Of a stretch of DNA of 64,000 bases, positions 61,149 through 64,000 are shown in pieces; positions within the stretch are counted from its first letter, which is position 1; each line of letters opens with the position of its first letter. Location of the stretch: the NCBI GenBank assembly GCA_047495785.1, contig JBLDXI010000055.1:868001-932000 (forward strand), written 5' to 3'. The stretch is from Lepidodermella squamata (Eukaryota; Animalia; Gastrotricha). A program made the translations under genes and the position numbers. The notes beneath the pieces were generated by a model. It did not search any database and was not told the DNA's origin. It saw only the letters and a list, made by a program, of their open reading frames with translations.

Positions 61149-61877
61149 TTATTCATATTCAATTAATTGATTGAGCAGGGTCATGTTCCAATTATGAGGG
61201 CATAGATCCATTGAGAGGAGTCGCTTCTTATGGGCTTCCAACGTGCCAGGCAATGCGTAGAAGTAGTCAGTTTCGAAAATCCACTCCAACGTGTTGAAAT
61301 GTTCAAATCGATCTCCGAATTCGGTACAATTTACATTAATCTCGAATGTTTTTGGAGTGGAGAAACAGACTCCCTTTCGAAGCACGTAATTGATGGCCCC
61401 GCAACTTTGCTGATACGTGTAGTGAATAGCAACTTGAGGTTTCCTATAGCTTAAAAGTGTCTCATTCCGACCATCGGCAATCAGAGATGAAAAGTTTTGC
61501 TTCGGCCCATCTGCTGGTTCAACTTCAGTCAACAGCCAGTAATATTCGTCGCGAAATAGATGCCAGAGGAACGTGCAAATGATACTGAATTCCGACACTC
61601 GATCAGTCAATACCATTCTCGCAAAAGCCTCGTCGAAATTGCTTTGGTTCATGTGCCTCGTTATCTCGTCTCTCATCGTCTTGAAATGTGAGACGTTTAC
61701 AATAACAGGGAAGTAGCTCAAACAATAAAATGGTTCTATAATTTGGCAATGATAGTTTACTTTTTCGCGGAATTCGATAAAGTAACTCACCTTTCAAACC
61801 CGTGAATTTGAAGGTTGCTGCTGGAACCTGTGACCAGTAAGGGCCTACATCTTTGGCTCGGCCGAAAACAGGCCTTA
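61149..61877 (-). pseudogene. 3' half of a paralogue of 56767-58083, interrupted by a transposon at 61878 (intron 61736-61790)
   Basis: High identity to 56767-57485; homology ends abruptly at AACAGGCC-TTA. Confidence 0.85.
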
Positions 61878-62226
61878 TGCTGGATTTATAAACGACTTCG
61901 GACGGCCATCCGAAGTTCGGACGGCCGAAGTTGCGTAATACGCTCCGAAGTTGGGCGCGCGCACGTCCGAAGAACGAGATCGTCATTTATAAACGCGCAC
62001 AACTTCGGACGACGCGAGCAACGCGAGAACAATAGGGCGCGCCGAAGTATCCGAAGTGCGAGAACAATAGACTTCGGACCGCCGTGCTTCGGACAGGCCG
62101 TACGAAGCGTCCGAATCCGAAGAGCCGAAATTACACGCAATACAAAGCCAGTCACTCATTTTAATTACCGCAATATACGTTTTAATTATCGCAAACAAAA
62201 CAAACAAAAAGCGCCTTAAAACATGT

Positions 62227-63340
62227 TTATTTCAGCTTGTGCCTAATAACATCAAGAATATCGAAGGTTAGCAAAGAAATTTCAGAGGGAGAAAGAGTCG
62301 AATGTTCAATCACAGATAAAACAGTTGAAAAATGTTCGTTGATAATGCGGCGCCGTTCGCTAACGGCCGGCTGTTCAGTCGCGACAAGAGTCTGCATAAT
62401 GGCCGCGATGTTGGGATCGACGCCGTTGTCGCTGTTGCTGCCCGCCTTCCGCTTCCTCGAACCGGCCGGTGTCGGAGTTGAAGCGGCCGAAGCGGGTGTT
62501 GAGCCGGAAGTTGATACTTGAGTTGCTTGACTTTCGAGGAAGGGTAGATCGTCATCGGGCGCGGGTGTGCTTGCACCGGAACTCGGCACGGACGCAGCCG
62601 AATCAGGCCTTGCACGCGGATCACCGGGTAAGTTCGACTTGGTGCTGTAAAAAAATAAGAAAAAAATTATTAAAACAAAATTATCAAAACAAAATTATCA
62701 AAATTATCAAATTAACACACCTTGTTTTGTAAATGATTGTGTCAGCCAAGAAGGTCATTGCCAAGTAATACGGAAACCCGCCCGACTTCGATTCGTCGGG
62801 GTTGGCGGCGGAACCGCTGGCCGTGCGCGTCTTGTGAGCTTTCGAGAACCGGTCGCGTAGATCGTTCCAAATGTCGCAGACGTCTTTGGCGGTGTACGGT
62901 CGCGACGGCTCCTTCGAAGTGGCCGGCATCCAGGGCAGACGAACAGCCAGCTCATTCCACAGCTTCGACCTGTGAACGCTGTCCTTGTAGAGAGCGTCCT
63001 TCGTGTTCCAGAGCGGCGGGTGGTATTTATCGAAATTGATGATGTCGATATTGACGGCGTGCTTGTGTTCGGGTAGACTCAGCACCGGCGACGAAATAGT
63101 CGAATGGCTGGCCTCGGCTTGCTTGGCAGGGTGGTACGACAGCGACTGGCTCGACTGTGGATAAGACGGCTGGCTCGGCTGTGAGTAGGGCGGCTGACTG
63201 CTCGAAATTTGCGAAAAAACCGGCTGGGTGTTCGGAATCGGCGAATAAACAGGCTGGCTGTCATCGAACTGACCCGAGACTTGCTCCGCTTGGCTTGAGC
63301 TACGAATCGGCGGGTAATAGTGCAGCATATTTTGTTGCAT
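62227..63340 (-). CDS. MADF (Myb/SANT-like) DNA-binding protein with BESS-like C-terminus (intron 62645-62720)
   Basis: HPPLWN..D..YKD....KLWNELA....CDIWNDLRDRF....SGSAA....FPYYLAMTFL is the MADF pattern; the spliced exon 2 joins ORF 62227-62589. Confidence 0.85.
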
Positions 63341-63706
63341 TTTGAAAAATGATGATGAACAACTGAGAGAGAAACTTTGCTTTATTAGATCTAGTTAGAA
63401 AATAAACACCATCAGCCCTCAGGCTAAGTATGATGTACCGAGTTGCAAGTAGACCTATTACATCTAACAGATTTTTATAATTTTCAACACACAGCTTTCA
63501 TGCAATAAATGAAAAGCTGCTCACACTTAACCACATGAAATGTTTATGATTTACAATGAACGTTCAGTTTAACCATTAACTCCGCAACAACCTTACTTAC
63601 TTCAGCTACCTGCTGCCCCGGGCCACCGCCTAAGCGCGTCGCCACCCGGGGCCCAACAGCTGCCAGCATCGACGACCTCTGCTGTCAGCAACCATTAACT
63701 TCCACT

Positions 63707-64000
63707 TCAGCCCGCCGAAGGTCGGCGCGCTGGGCAATCCCTCCAACTTGCAGTATGCCCGCCGCCACAGTTGCAGCAGCGAACAACCCGCATGCAGAAC
63801 TTGACGTTGTGATCACGGCCGCACCTTAGACATCGTTCTTCGTTCAGACAGTCCCGCGCCAGGTGGCCAAATTGCTGGCATCGGTAACATTGGACAACGT
63901 CAGGGGGCTTAAGAACAAAGGGACGAAAGCGTAACAAGAACGGCTTCATAGCGAAACCGTCCTTAAGACATCGTTCAGCCAGGTCGAAATCGTTCAGTTC
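63707..64000 (-). CDS. C-terminal part of a gag/ORF1-like protein with three CCHC zinc knuckles (5'-partial)
   Basis: QCYRCQQFGHLARDC, CLRCGRDHNVKFC, CCNCGGGHTASWRDC; the frame is open to the window edge. Confidence 0.8.
   Translation of the reverse strand, partial: ELNDFDLAERCLKDGFAMKPFLLRFRPFVLKPPDVVQCYRCQQFGHLARDCLNEERCLRCGRDHNVKFCMRVVRCCNCGGGHTASWRDCPARRPSAG

Larger units (their letters stand above)
61878..64000 (-). mobile_element. PIF/Harbinger-like DNA transposon (one end visible; extends beyond window)
   Basis: Inserted at TTA; terminus TGCTGGATTTATAAACG; subterminal CTTCGGAC/GTCCGAAG repeats; encodes a MADF protein. Transposase and second TIR are not in the window. Confidence 0.65.

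Overview
Compact invertebrate (metazoan) genomic DNA with ~50-nt GT-AG introns and short intergenic spacers; the species cannot be identified from this window. The dominant feature is an interleaved, still-duplicating redox cluster. It holds eight intron-containing NmrA/HSCARG-like genes whose sequence resembles a bacterial subgroup, a set of intronless, motif-divergent flavin monooxygenases (two intact, one frameshifted, two remnants), a small orphan gene family, and two identical tRNA-Thr(CGT) genes. There are also three intronless GABA-B-like class C GPCR paralogues: one intact, one split by an intact 4.8-kb LINE, and one carrying two DNA-transposon insertions plus a stop. Four secreted mosaic proteins are present (LamG-like + inactive trypsin; Cys-repeat + beta-pore-forming-like; ankyrin + C-type lectin; 9x PAN/Apple + Thr/Arg tail), along with glycosyl- and sulfotransferases and MITEs of several superfamilies. 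At the right edge is a Harbinger-like element carrying a MADF gene and a stand-alone gag-like zinc-knuckle ORF. All family assignments come from motif recognition by eye, not from database searches.
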